Assembly: GCA_963827275.1 (NCBI GenBank) | Contig: CAWHAA010000009.1 | Span: forward strand, 104,923 to 168,922 | Direction: 5' to 3' | DNA: 64,000 nt | From: an uncultured Spirochaetota bacterium | GTDB lineage: Bacteria; Spirochaetota; UBA4802; UBA5550 | Shown: positions 10,155 to 19,992 of the stretch, piece after piece | Position numbering within the stretch: the first letter of the stretch is position 1 | How the letters are laid out: each line of letters starts with the position of its first letter | Notes under the pieces: generated by a model | What the model was told of the DNA's origin: nothing | Databases searched by the model: none | The model's input: the letters and a program-made list of their open reading frames with translations, nothing else | Translations under genes and position numbers: made by a program

Positions 10155-11984
10155 ATGAAACAGGAAACAATCAATAAAACAATACAGAAATACAATGCCG
10201 CGTCAGAGCATATGATGCTTATCCTGCGTGACCTGGAAGTCCAGTCCGGCAAGAACGTGCTGGACGTTCAGACGCTGCGATCAGTCGCGGAACAGATGAA
10301 TGTCCCCGAAAGCGCGGTCGCCGGGTTTGTCGGGTTCTACACCATGTTTAAAACGGAACCGCGCGCGAAGTTCGTCATCCGGGTGTGCAAGTCGGGCCCC
10401 TGCCATGTCATGGGTTCCACCACGGTATTCGACGCCATACAGAAGCACCTCGGCATCGGTATCGGCGAGGCGACGAAAGACGGGCTGTTCTTTCTTGAAA
10501 AATGCGAGTGCCTCGGGGTCTGCTCCGTGGCGCCGGCGATGATGGTCAATTACGATATCCACGGAAACCTCACCCCGAAGAAAATCGTTTCACTGCTGAA
10601 TACCTACAAAAAAATGAAGCCCTCTCTGCTGGAATCTTGCGGAGACGAGGTCGAGGGGAAGAACTGCATCATCGAAGAACCGAAGCAGACGAAGCGCCTG
10701 CTCGCGGACATCGGGAAGGTCGATCCCCTTGCGATAGACAGCTATATCTCGGCGGGAGGATACGGTCCGCTCAAAAAATCATTATCGATGGACCCCGGAA
10801 CGGTCGTGGGCCTGGTCAAGGACTCCGGCCTCCGCGGCAGGGGCGGCGCGGGGTTCCCGGCCGGAATGAAATGGTCGTTTGTCGGGAAGGGCCCGATGCA
10901 GAAATATGTGATATGCAACGCTGACGAGGGGGAGCCCGGCACCTTCAAAGACCGGATCCTCATGGAAGAAAACCCGCACCTGCTGCTCGAGGGGATGGCC
11001 ATCTGCGGTCATGCGATCGGCGCGACCGTGGGCTATATCTATATCAGGGGAGAGTACCGGCGTTCGATCGAACGGCTCCAGAGGGCCATTGATCAGGCGC
11101 GCGAAAAGGGTGTCCTCGGGAAAAACATATACGGGTCCGGGTTTGATTTCGATGTGTATATAAAAGAAGGGGGCGGGGCCTACGTATGCGGCGAGGAGAC
11201 CTCCCTCATCAATTCAATGGAAGGGAAGAGGGGGTATCCCCGCTTCAAGCCGCCGTTCCCGGGCGGGGCCGGCTTCAATAATCTTCCTTCAAACGTCAAT
11301 AACGTTGAGACGCTCATGTCGGTACCCATGATCATCGATAAGGGCCCCGAGTGGTATAAATCCGTCGGTCCGACGAACTGCTCCGGCACCAAGCTGTACT
11401 GCCTTTCCGGACAGCTTAACCGGACGGGCCTGGTGGAGCTGCCCATGGGCGCGACCCTGAAAGAGATCATCAACGTATACGGGAAGGGGATGCCGAAGGG
11501 AAAGAAATTCAAGTTCGCGCAGGTAGGCGGAAGCGCCGGCGGCATTCTCGGCAAGGACCTTATGGACCTGCCGCTTGACATCGACCAGCCGATAAAGCAG
11601 GGGGTAACCCTTGGCTCCGGCGTCGTCCTGGTGTGCGACGACAAAACGTGCGCGGTCGATTTTCTTCTGCAGATAATGAGCTTCTTCGAGCACGAGTCGT
11701 GCGGGCAGTGCGTCCCCTGCCGCGTGGGCACGTCGCACCTCCACCATCTGGTAAAGAAATTCGCCTCGCGGACCGCGGTCCCGGCGGATATCGATCTTCT
11801 GGTGGAAAAGGCGACGGTCATGAAAAAGGCGTCGCTGTGCGCGCTCGGCCAGTCGCCAATCATGCCCATTACCACGACGCTGAAATACTTCAGGAAAGAG
11901 TTCCTGGAGCACTGTGATCCGAAACACAAATGCCCGCAATGCGACAGGTCGCTAAGCCGGTATTATGCCGGCGGCGGGCATTGA
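10155..11984 (+). CDS. NuoE-NuoF fusion (FMN/NADH-binding diaphorase subunit of the FDH)
   Basis: N-terminal [2Fe-2S] motifs CKSGPC...CLGVC; GLRGRGGAGFP, NADEGEPGTFKDR, GAYVCGEET and ESCGQCVPCR. ATG at 10155 follows the fdh stop. Confidence 0.9.
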   Translation: MKQETINKTIQKYNAASEHMMLILRDLEVQSGKNVLDVQTLRSVAEQMNVPESAVAGFVGFYTMFKTEPRAKFVIRVCKSGPCHVMGSTTVFDAIQKHLGIGIGEATKDGLFFLEKCECLGVCSVAPAMMVNYDIHGNLTPKKIVSLLNTYKKMKPSLLESCGDEVEGKNCIIEEPKQTKRLLADIGKVDPLAIDSYISAGGYGPLKKSLSMDPGTVVGLVKDSGLRGRGGAGFPAGMKWSFVGKGPMQKYVICNADEGEPGTFKDRILMEENPHLLLEGMAICGHAIGATVGYIYIRGEYRRSIERLQRAIDQAREKGVLGKNIYGSGFDFDVYIKEGGGAYVCGEETSLINSMEGKRGYPRFKPPFPGGAGFNNLPSNVNNVETLMSVPMIIDKGPEWYKSVGPTNCSGTKLYCLSGQLNRTGLVELPMGATLKEIINVYGKGMPKGKKFKFAQVGGSAGGILGKDLMDLPLDIDQPIKQGVTLGSGVVLVCDDKTCAVDFLLQIMSFFEHESCGQCVPCRVGTSHLHHLVKKFASRTAVPADIDLLVEKATVMKKASLCALGQSPIMPITTTLKYFRKEFLEHCDPKHKCPQCDRSLSRYYAGGGH

Positions 11985-12043
11985 TGTTATAAACATTAAT
12001 AACACTTATACTAATAGGTGATCAGAAAAAATTTGGAGGAAAT

Positions 12044-13321
12044 ATGAGTAACGAGAACCTGGAATCAAAAAGATGGCTGATTGCCATCGCGGCTGTTGTC
12101 ATACAGCTCTGCCTCGGTACCGTGTACGCATGGTCTGTTTTTAAACTGCCATTGATGGACATGTGGGGCTGGGACGGAAAGACGGTGCAGTATACTTTCA
12201 TGCTGCTGATGCTCATCATTGGTCTTGCAGCCGCCTTCGGCGGAACGCTGGTGCTTAAAAAAGGCCCCCGTTTCGTGGCTACCATCGGCGGTATTCTCTT
12301 CGGTATTGGAACCCTGGTCGCAGGTTATGCTGCCCAGACAGGAAACATTGCTCTTCTCTATCTCGGCTTTGGCGTAATCGCGGCCCTCGGTAATGGTTTC
12401 GGATATGTTACTCCTATCGCGACGCTGATCCAATGGTTCCCTGACAAGCGCGGCCTGGTTACCGGCCTTGCCGTTATGGGTTTCGGCGCCGGCGCATTTT
12501 TCATGGGAAAAATTGCACCTGCCATGATCAAAGCGTACAATGTGGTTGATGAAGCCGGCAAGGTCACTTCTACCGGTGTGGCCATGACCTGGTATATCTG
12601 GGGCATTATTTTTCTTGTTCTTGTTGTGGGCGCGGCCCAGATGTTCAAGAACCCGCCAAAGGGATGGCTGCCTGCCGGATTTACACCTGCCAAGACATCC
12701 GTTTCCGCCGCTGATTCCTTCCAGTTCGGCGAAGCGGTGAAAAGGCCCCAGTGGTGGATGCTGTGGGCAATGCTCTGCCTCAACGTCTCAGCCGGTCTTG
12801 GACTTATTTCCCAGCACTCTCCGCTGGCGCAAAAAATGTTTACTTTTTCAAACCCGGATGTAGTCGATGCGGCGGTTATAGCAGCTGCCGGCGGGACCGT
12901 TGTGGCTGTTGCCGCCATATTTAACGGTCTTGGAAGGCTCTTCTGGGCAAAACTTTCAGACAATATCGGCCGCAAGATGGTCTTCATGATCATGTTCGCA
13001 ACCCAGGCCGTTTTGTATCTGCTCGTTGCCCTGGGCTATGTACCGAGTTACACGCTCTTCCTCGTGGTGTCCTGCTACCTGCTCGCATGCTACGGCGGCG
13101 GATTCGCCACCATGCCTGCGTTTGCGGCTGACTCCTTCGGCCCGGCCTATATCGGCAAGGTCTATGGATTCATGCTCACTGCCTGGAGCGCTGCCGGTAT
13201 TATCGGTCCCCTTGTTTTCGAGGCATTTAAACCCCAGGCGCTGTATATTGCAGCCGGTCTTTTAACTGTTGGTTTTCTGATTGCCCTGGTCTACAAGGCA
13301 CCTAAAGGTAAAAACGCATAA
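12044..13321 (+). CDS. MFS transporter, oxalate/formate antiporter (OFA) family
   Basis: LGTVYAWSVF, WFPDKRGL.TGLAVMGFG, FNGLGR.FW..LSD.IGR and YGGGF..MP motifs; about 12 TM segments. Confidence 0.9.
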   Translation: MSNENLESKRWLIAIAAVVIQLCLGTVYAWSVFKLPLMDMWGWDGKTVQYTFMLLMLIIGLAAAFGGTLVLKKGPRFVATIGGILFGIGTLVAGYAAQTGNIALLYLGFGVIAALGNGFGYVTPIATLIQWFPDKRGLVTGLAVMGFGAGAFFMGKIAPAMIKAYNVVDEAGKVTSTGVAMTWYIWGIIFLVLVVGAAQMFKNPPKGWLPAGFTPAKTSVSAADSFQFGEAVKRPQWWMLWAMLCLNVSAGLGLISQHSPLAQKMFTFSNPDVVDAAVIAAAGGTVVAVAAIFNGLGRLFWAKLSDNIGRKMVFMIMFATQAVLYLLVALGYVPSYTLFLVVSCYLLACYGGGFATMPAFAADSFGPAYIGKVYGFMLTAWSAAGIIGPLVFEAFKPQALYIAAGLLTVGFLIALVYKAPKGKNA

Positions 13322-13334
13322 TCAGTAACATGGA

Positions 13335-13378
13335 CGCCAGGATCCCGGGATAGCCCGGGGTCCTGGCGCTTTTCTTTC
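13335..13378 (+). terminator. Rho-independent terminator
   Basis: CGCCAGGATCCCGGG-ATAG-CCCGGGGTCCTGGCG followed by CTTTTCTTTC. Confidence 0.8.
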
Positions 13379-13423
13379 TCCGCATGCTGATGCGGATACT
13401 GTGAGCAAAAGGGGACGGTGCAT

Positions 13424-13891
13424 ATGGAAAATGTAACACTTGAGAATCTTATTGATAAGGCTATATTGAGAGAGGAAGAGGCTTTCGATTTTTATGCGAA
13501 GCTGGGAAACACCGTCGCCGACCCAATGGCAAAAGACGCGTTAAAGTTTCTCGCCGATCAGGAGAAAAAGCACAAGGAATTTCTCGTGTCATATAAAAGC
13601 GGGAAAACCGGCTCCGGCGCGCTGAGAATGACGGATGTCATCGATTATAAAGTCGCACAGCACCTCGATAAGCCGGACATTGAGAAAAATCTTGATTCGA
13701 AGGATGTCTACCTCGTGGCCGCCCACCGTGAGATGAATTCATACAACTTTTACAAGGGACTGGCTGATATTCAGCCCGAGGGTGAGGTAAAAGAGATGCT
13801 TCTCAAAATGGCCAATGAAGAGATGAAGCACAAGGAAAAAGTCGAATACCTGTATTCGAACACGGCATTTACCCAGACCCAGGGCGGCTGA
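13424..13891 (+). CDS. Rubrerythrin/ferritin-like diiron protein
   Basis: Duplicated AI.REE.A..FY / LA..E.KH helical motifs. Confidence 0.85.
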   Translation: MENVTLENLIDKAILREEEAFDFYAKLGNTVADPMAKDALKFLADQEKKHKEFLVSYKSGKTGSGALRMTDVIDYKVAQHLDKPDIEKNLDSKDVYLVAAHREMNSYNFYKGLADIQPEGEVKEMLLKMANEEMKHKEKVEYLYSNTAFTQTQGG

Positions 13892-13958
13892 TTTTCGGCG
13901 AACGATATACGGGTGAGCAATTATACGGATAGTTTATTACGTCACTGGAGGAGTATGT

Positions 13959-14333
13959 ATGTCTGAAAAAAAACTGATATTGGTAATTGACGATGATATC
14001 GATATCGTCGATTCAATCAAGGTTGTTCTTGAAAAAAACGGCTTTGATGTGGCCACGGCAATGAGCGGACATGAAGGAATAGACGCAGCAATACAAAAAA
14101 AACCTGATTTAATCCTCTGCGACATGATGATGGAACGGATCGACGAGGGCTCGAAGGTGGCGGAGGAGCTTAAAAAAAAGGGCGTACCCGCTCCCATTTT
14201 CCTGCTCAGCAGCATCGGTGATGCGACCGCGGCAAATATTGATGTAGATAATCTTGGTTTCAAGGGTGTTTTCCAGAAACCGGTAAAATCAGACTATCTG
14301 GTATGGGCCATTAAGAAGACACTCAATATGTGA
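13959..14333 (+). CDS. Single-domain response regulator
   Basis: ILVIDDD, KPDLILCDMMM and QKPV receiver motifs. Confidence 0.9.
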   Translation: MSEKKLILVIDDDIDIVDSIKVVLEKNGFDVATAMSGHEGIDAAIQKKPDLILCDMMMERIDEGSKVAEELKKKGVPAPIFLLSSIGDATAANIDVDNLGFKGVFQKPVKSDYLVWAIKKTLNM

Positions 14334-14495
14334 GTATGGCATCATGAGCAGAAGCGGTTATACGACGGGTGTTGCGTAAATTATTTTTCGATGTTTACAC
14401 GCCATATGTTATCATACCGATAATCCCGAAAATATCTATCTTGTTGTCTTTACCTCATTATTGAAAAGCATACAAAAAATTCAAAAAGAGGAACT

Positions 14496-16307
14496 ATGGA
14501 TGGCATGGGCAATGTAGTCGAAAGAGCTGTAAAAAAACATGGCGCGCATGCCTCCGCATTGATTGATATTTTACGAGATGTACAGGGCGAATTGGGATAC
14601 ATTCCGGATGAGGCATCGGCACTGGTTGCGGAGAGTCTTTCTATCTCAAAAATCGATGTCGATGGCGTTGTCTCCTTCTATCATTTATTTTCCCGTGACC
14701 ACCGCGGGAAGTATACAGTCTACCTGAACAACAGTGCCGTGGCCGTCATGAAGGGGAGGGAGGCCGTGGCGCGGGCCTTCGAAAAAGCGGCAGGGTGCTC
14801 GTTCGGCACAACAACATTTGATGCCCAGATCGGCCTCTATGACACGTCAGATATCGGCATGAACGACCAGGAACCCGCGGCGCTGATAAACGGAATCGTG
14901 TTTACCAACCTTACCCCCGAAAAGGCGAAAGACCTCGTGTTCCAGATGAAGGCCGGCAAGAATGTCGCGTCCATGGTCAAGGAGAGCGGTGAGGGCCGGA
15001 ACAGGTCCGATCTTATCCGCGCCATGGTGAAGAACAATATCCGGAAGCATGGCCAGGTGGTCTTTGTCCCGTATGAAGCCGGCTCCGGCATAAGAAAAGC
15101 GCTCGCCATGACGCCGGAAGAAGTGATTGATGAGGTGAAAAAATCAAACCTCCGCGGACGCGGCGGTGCGGGATTCCCCACCGGGATGAAATGGGACTTC
15201 ACGCGCAACGCAAAGGGCAAGAAAGCCTATATTATCTGCAACGGTGACGAGGGTGAACCGGGGACCTTCAAGGACCGCGTGATTTTAACCGAAAGAACTG
15301 AAATGCTTTTTGACGGGATGGCGGTAGCGGGATATGCGATCGGCGCCGCCGAGGGAATCCTCTACCTCCGGGCGGAGTACGAATACTTATTGAAGCACCT
15401 TGAAAGCGTGCGTGACTCTATGCGGAAAAACAACTTGCTGGGGAAGCACATCGCGGGCAGGAGGGGCTTCAATTTTGATATAACAATCAAGCTCGGCGCC
15501 GGCGCCTATATATGCGGCGAAGAGTCGGCGCTCATAGCGTCTGCGGAGGGCAAGCGCGGCGAGCCCCGCAACCGGCCGCCGTTCCCGCCGCAGAGCGGGT
15601 ACTTCGGACACCCGACTTCCGTGAATAATGTGGAGAGCCTCTGCGCGGTCGCGCGGATCATGGTGCAGAGCGCCGTGTGGTTCACCAAGATGGGCACCTC
15701 CCAGTCGTTCGGCACCAAGGTGCTGTCGCTCTCCGGCGACTGTGCCAGGCCGGGCATCTACGAGGTCGAGTTCGGCGCCACGCTGCAGAGCCTTCTTGAC
15801 GAGGCGGGCGGCTCGGACGCCGTGGCCGTTCAGGTGGGCGGCCCGTCCGGTACGTGCGTGGGGCGGAAGGATTTCGGGAAGCAGATATCCTTCGAGGAGC
15901 TCGCCACCGGCGGCTCGATCATCATCATCGGTCCGGACCGCGATCTTCTCGATATCGTGCATAATTTCATGGAATTTTTTGTCGAGGAATCATGCGGCTG
16001 GTGCACGCCCTGCCGCGCCGGCAACATGATCCTGAAAAAGAAGCTCGAGAAAATAATGGCGGGCAAGGGGACCGGAACCGACCTGAATGAAATGGAGCAA
16101 TGGTGCCGGCTCGTCAAGGCGACGAGCCGCTGCGGGCTCGGGCAGACATCGCCCAATCCGATAGCGTCCACCATCGAAAATTTCCGGGAAGTCTACGAGG
16201 CGAAATTGCAGAAGGGCGTTGACTTTGCGACCGAGTTCGACCTGGGCAAGGCGGTGCAGGAGTACTGCAGGGCGGCGGGAAGAAAACCAGGCATCGAGAT
16301 ATATTAA
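14496..16307 (+). CDS. hoxF: NAD-reducing [NiFe] hydrogenase diaphorase large subunit
   Basis: NuoE-like N-terminus plus GRGGAGFPTG, NGDEGEPGTFKDR and ESCGWCTPCR; first gene of hoxFUYH. Confidence 0.9.
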   Translation: MDGMGNVVERAVKKHGAHASALIDILRDVQGELGYIPDEASALVAESLSISKIDVDGVVSFYHLFSRDHRGKYTVYLNNSAVAVMKGREAVARAFEKAAGCSFGTTTFDAQIGLYDTSDIGMNDQEPAALINGIVFTNLTPEKAKDLVFQMKAGKNVASMVKESGEGRNRSDLIRAMVKNNIRKHGQVVFVPYEAGSGIRKALAMTPEEVIDEVKKSNLRGRGGAGFPTGMKWDFTRNAKGKKAYIICNGDEGEPGTFKDRVILTERTEMLFDGMAVAGYAIGAAEGILYLRAEYEYLLKHLESVRDSMRKNNLLGKHIAGRRGFNFDITIKLGAGAYICGEESALIASAEGKRGEPRNRPPFPPQSGYFGHPTSVNNVESLCAVARIMVQSAVWFTKMGTSQSFGTKVLSLSGDCARPGIYEVEFGATLQSLLDEAGGSDAVAVQVGGPSGTCVGRKDFGKQISFEELATGGSIIIIGPDRDLLDIVHNFMEFFVEESCGWCTPCRAGNMILKKKLEKIMAGKGTGTDLNEMEQWCRLVKATSRCGLGQTSPNPIASTIENFREVYEAKLQKGVDFATEFDLGKAVQEYCRAAGRKPGIEIY

Positions 16308-16315
16308 ATACCGCT

Positions 16316-17011
16316 ATGAGTAAAATAACGTTCGAAATAGACGGAAAAGAATGCACCGGCAAGGCGGGCCAGACGATCGTCGAGGCTGCCCGCGTAAACG
16401 GTATATATATTCCTGTGCTCTGCTGGTACGAGGGGCTGAAGCCTGCCGGGGCCTGCCGCATCTGCACGGTGAAGGTCGGGGGCCGGAACATGGCCGCCTG
16501 CACCACGCCGGTGGCGGAGGGGATGATCGTTGAGAACGCGGTTCCCGAGCTGGAAGACATGCGCAAGGCGATCGTCGAAATGCTGTTCGTAGAGGGCAAC
16601 CACATGTGCCCCGCCTGCGAAAAGAGCGGCAATTGCGAGCTGCAGGCATTGGGGTACCGGTACCAGCTCCTTGCGCCCCGGTTTCCCTATCTCTTTCCGA
16701 AGCGCACAATGGATGCGGCATACACGAAGATCATGATCGACAACAACCGGTGCGTCCAGTGCCGGCGGTGCGTGCGAGGTATCGTTACGAAGGATGGGAA
16801 ACACATTTTCTCGATGATGAACAGGTCGGGTCGTTCGACGATTGTTGCCGATCCGGTGCTTGAAGCGGTCATGTCCGAAGAAATGGCGCGCAAAGCAATG
16901 GACCAGTGTCCGGTTGGCGCGATCTTGAAGAAAGAAGTCGGCTTCGAGGTGCCCATCGGCAGGCGCAGGTTCGACAGGGCGCCTATCGGCAGCGAAATCC
17001 CGGCAAAATAG
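16316..17011 (+). CDS. hoxU: NAD-reducing hydrogenase Fe-S subunit
   Basis: [2Fe-2S] CRIC, H.CPACEKSGNCELQ, CVQCRRC and CPVGA motifs. Confidence 0.92.
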   Translation: MSKITFEIDGKECTGKAGQTIVEAARVNGIYIPVLCWYEGLKPAGACRICTVKVGGRNMAACTTPVAEGMIVENAVPELEDMRKAIVEMLFVEGNHMCPACEKSGNCELQALGYRYQLLAPRFPYLFPKRTMDAAYTKIMIDNNRCVQCRRCVRGIVTKDGKHIFSMMNRSGRSTIVADPVLEAVMSEEMARKAMDQCPVGAILKKEVGFEVPIGRRRFDRAPIGSEIPAK

Positions 17012-17024
17012 GAAGGGAGGTAAC

Positions 17025-17567
17025 ATGGCGGGCAAACCAGTTGTGGCCACAGCATCCCTGGCCGGTTGTTTCGGATGCCACATGTCCTTGCTGGACATAG
17101 ATGAGAGGATACTGCAGCTCATCGAACTTGTCGAATTCAACAAGTCGCCGATTGATGATATAAAGAGATTCACGAAGCCGGTGGATGTCGGCATCATCGA
17201 AGGTGGGTGCTGCAACAGCGAGAACGTGGAGAACCTTGTCGGGTTCCGCAAGAATTGCAAGGTGCTGATTTCCCTGGGAGAATGCGCCATAATGGGGGGG
17301 CTGCCCGCAATGCGGAACGGCATTGCCATCAGGGAGTGTCTCGAGGAGTCATATCTCAACTGCCTTACCGTGGACGACAAGATCATCCCCAATGATCCTG
17401 AAATCCCCATGATACTGGACAGGGTATATCCCCTGCATGAAATTGTGAAGATCGACTATTACCTTCCCGGTTGCCCTCCGCGCGCGGACCTGATATGGGA
17501 AGCGCTGACGGCGCTCCTTTCCGGAAGGCCCCTCAGTATCCCGCATGATGCGTTACGGTACGATTAA
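17025..17567 (+). CDS. hoxY: [NiFe] hydrogenase small subunit
   Basis: GCFGCHMS, GECA and PGCPP motifs; 180 aa. Confidence 0.92.
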   Translation: MAGKPVVATASLAGCFGCHMSLLDIDERILQLIELVEFNKSPIDDIKRFTKPVDVGIIEGGCCNSENVENLVGFRKNCKVLISLGECAIMGGLPAMRNGIAIRECLEESYLNCLTVDDKIIPNDPEIPMILDRVYPLHEIVKIDYYLPGCPPRADLIWEALTALLSGRPLSIPHDALRYD

Positions 17568-17578
17568 GTGAGACGATC

Positions 17579-19030
17579 ATGACGAGAAAGATAACGATTG
17601 ATCCGGTGACACGGGTCGAGGGACACGGGAAGGTGACCATACAGCTCGACGATGACAACAACGTGGTCCAATCGCGTCTCCATATCGTTGAGTTCCGCGG
17701 TTTTGAGCGCTTTGTCCAGGGCCGGCCCTACTGGGAGGCCCCGGTGCTGGTGCAGCGGCTGTGCGGTATCTGCCCGGTGAGCCATCACCTGGCCGCGGCC
17801 AAGGCGATGGATGTGATCGTGGGCGCGGGGACCGGCGATGGCCTCACGCCTACCGGTGAGAAGATGCGGCGGCTCATGCATTACGGCCAGACCTTTCAGT
17901 CCCATACCCTCCATTTTTTCCACCTTGCGTCGCCCGATCTCCTCTTCGGGGTCGATGCCGACCCCGCGATACGCAATATCATCGGGATTGCCCTTGAGCA
18001 CAAGGAGCTTGCCGTCCAGGCGGTGCTGATGCGCAAGTTCGGCCAGGAGATCATCAGGGCAACCGCGGGCAAGAAGATCCATGGCACCGGCGCGATACCG
18101 GGCGGCATCAACAAGAGCCTGAGCCCTGAAGAGCGGGACGAGTTCCTGAAGGGCGCCGACCCGCTCAACGCCGACAAGATGATTTCCTGGGCGCAGGCGG
18201 CGGTGGCCTTCTTCAAGGACTTCCATTCGAAGCATAAAGACATGATCGACAACTTCGCGGTCTTCCCGTCGAACCACCTCAGCCTGGTCCGGAAGGACGG
18301 GGCGCTCGACCTTTACCACGGGGTGCTGCGCGCTGTCGATCCCGTGGGAAAGAAGATCCTGAACGATGTTGATTACCAGGATTATTACAACCATATCGGC
18401 GAGGAGGTCAGGAGCTGGAGCTACATGAAGTTCCCCTACCTCAAGTCGATCGGCAAGAGCGACGGGTGGTACACGGTGGGTCCGCTGGCGCGGCTCAACA
18501 CATGCGACTTCATCCCGACACCGCTCGCGCAGAAGGAGTTCGAGGAGTTCAAGGCCTACACGAACGGCAGGCCGAACAACATGTCGATGCACATGCACTG
18601 GGCGCGGCTCATCGAGAACCTGCACGCGGCCGAGATGATCAAGCAGCTGCTCCTTGACAAGGACCTCCAGGGCAGGGATCTGGTGGTAAAAGGGAATAAG
18701 GCGCATGAGGGCGTCGGCCTTATCGAGGCGCCGCGGGGCACCCTGTTCCACCATTACAGGATCAACGAGCAGGACCAGATCGTAATGGCGAACCTGATCG
18801 TGTCCACCACTAACAACAACGAGCCCATGAACCGGGCCGTATCGCACGTGGCGAAGAGCCTGTTCACCGGCAGGGCGGAGATTACCGAGGGCATGATGAA
18901 CAGCGTTGAGGTGGCCATCAGGGCGTACGACCCGTGCCTTTCATGCGCGACCCATGCGCTGGGTAAAATGCCCCTCGAGGTGGCCATGTATGACGCACGG
19001 GGCGATATCATCGACATGAAGAGTAAATAG
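17579..19030 (+). CDS. hoxH: [NiFe] hydrogenase large subunit, group 3d
   Basis: TRVEGHG, L1 RLCGICPVSH, EAPRG, L2 DPCLSCATH, and a C-terminal extension for proteolytic maturation. Confidence 0.95.
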   Translation: MTRKITIDPVTRVEGHGKVTIQLDDDNNVVQSRLHIVEFRGFERFVQGRPYWEAPVLVQRLCGICPVSHHLAAAKAMDVIVGAGTGDGLTPTGEKMRRLMHYGQTFQSHTLHFFHLASPDLLFGVDADPAIRNIIGIALEHKELAVQAVLMRKFGQEIIRATAGKKIHGTGAIPGGINKSLSPEERDEFLKGADPLNADKMISWAQAAVAFFKDFHSKHKDMIDNFAVFPSNHLSLVRKDGALDLYHGVLRAVDPVGKKILNDVDYQDYYNHIGEEVRSWSYMKFPYLKSIGKSDGWYTVGPLARLNTCDFIPTPLAQKEFEEFKAYTNGRPNNMSMHMHWARLIENLHAAEMIKQLLLDKDLQGRDLVVKGNKAHEGVGLIEAPRGTLFHHYRINEQDQIVMANLIVSTTNNNEPMNRAVSHVAKSLFTGRAEITEGMMNSVEVAIRAYDPCLSCATHALGKMPLEVAMYDARGDIIDMKSK

Positions 19031-19035
19031 GAGCT

Positions 19036-19506
19036 ATGCGAAACAAGGTACTGGTGTACGGATACGGCAACCCGGGCCGCCAGGATGACGGCCTGGGGCC
19101 CGCCCTCGTGGAGCGCCTTGCCGCGGAGCGTCTTTCGGGCGTCGCCACGGACAGCAATTACCAGCTGCAGGTGGAGGACGCGCTGTCGGTGTCAGAGAGC
19201 GACACGGTGATATTCGTCGACGCGGCGGTAAGCGGGGAGGAGCCTTTCTCGTTCACGGAGCTGGAACCGGCGGATGAAATCACCTTCACCACGCACTCCG
19301 TCTCCCCCGGCTCCGTCCTGGCCCTCTGCAATGAGATGTATGGTCGGGCGGTCCGGGCCTATGTCCTCGCCATACGGGGGTACGGGTGGGAGTTCCTTGA
19401 GGAGTTGACGCCCGTGGCGCAACAGAATCTCGATCAGGCGCTCTGTTTTATAAAGAAAAAAATCGATGACATTATTAATGCGCCCGATACTATGACATTT
19501 AATTAA
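19036..19506 (+). CDS. hoxW: Hydrogenase maturation protease
   Basis: GYGNPGRQDDGLGP, FVDA and TTH motifs; directly after hoxH. Confidence 0.88.
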   Translation: MRNKVLVYGYGNPGRQDDGLGPALVERLAAERLSGVATDSNYQLQVEDALSVSESDTVIFVDAAVSGEEPFSFTELEPADEITFTTHSVSPGSVLALCNEMYGRAVRAYVLAIRGYGWEFLEELTPVAQQNLDQALCFIKKKIDDIINAPDTMTFN

Positions 19507-19524
19507 CATCAAAGGAGTTATCAA

Positions 19525-19902
19525 ATGGCAGAAAAGAAAAAGATACTCGTTATCGATGACGATATTGACATTACCGAATCGATCAAGGCGGTCCTCGCGG
19601 CACACGGTTTTGAAGCGTTCGCGGCGACCAACAGCAGGGACGGGGTCGATGCGGTCGATAAGGTAAAGCCGGACCTGGTTCTCTGCGACATGATGATGGA
19701 GCAGGTTGACGCCGGCTCCAGGGTCGCCCATGATATCAGGAAAAAGGACAAAAAGCTGCCCATATTTCTCTTGAGCAGCATCGGCGCGGCGACCGCGCAG
19801 AACATCGAGCTTGACAAGCTCGGCTTCAACGGGGTGTTCCAGAAGCCGGTGTCGCCCGACCAGATGATCAAGACCATAAAGAAAGCGCTTCACATGCAAT
19901 GA
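19525..19902 (+). CDS. Single-domain response regulator (paralog of 13959-14333)
   Basis: ILVIDDD, KPDLVLCDMMM and QKPV. Confidence 0.9.
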   Translation: MAEKKKILVIDDDIDITESIKAVLAAHGFEAFAATNSRDGVDAVDKVKPDLVLCDMMMEQVDAGSRVAHDIRKKDKKLPIFLLSSIGAATAQNIELDKLGFNGVFQKPVSPDQMIKTIKKALHMQ

Positions 19903-19992
19903 CATGCGCTGACCCGGAGGCGGGCCATGAACACTGCGGGCCCGTTTTCGGGTCATCTCGAGACGGGTCAATGCCGCCCCCGGCCGCTGCCG

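Noticed and set aside
10065..11984. Electron-bifurcating HylB/HydB-type subunit; ORF start at 10065
   Set aside because: No C-terminal 2x[4Fe-4S] domain. The 10065 start overlaps fdhA, so ATG 10155 is preferred.
17579..19030. [NiFeSe] hydrogenase
   Set aside because: Both CxxC motifs use Cys codons; no in-frame UGA.
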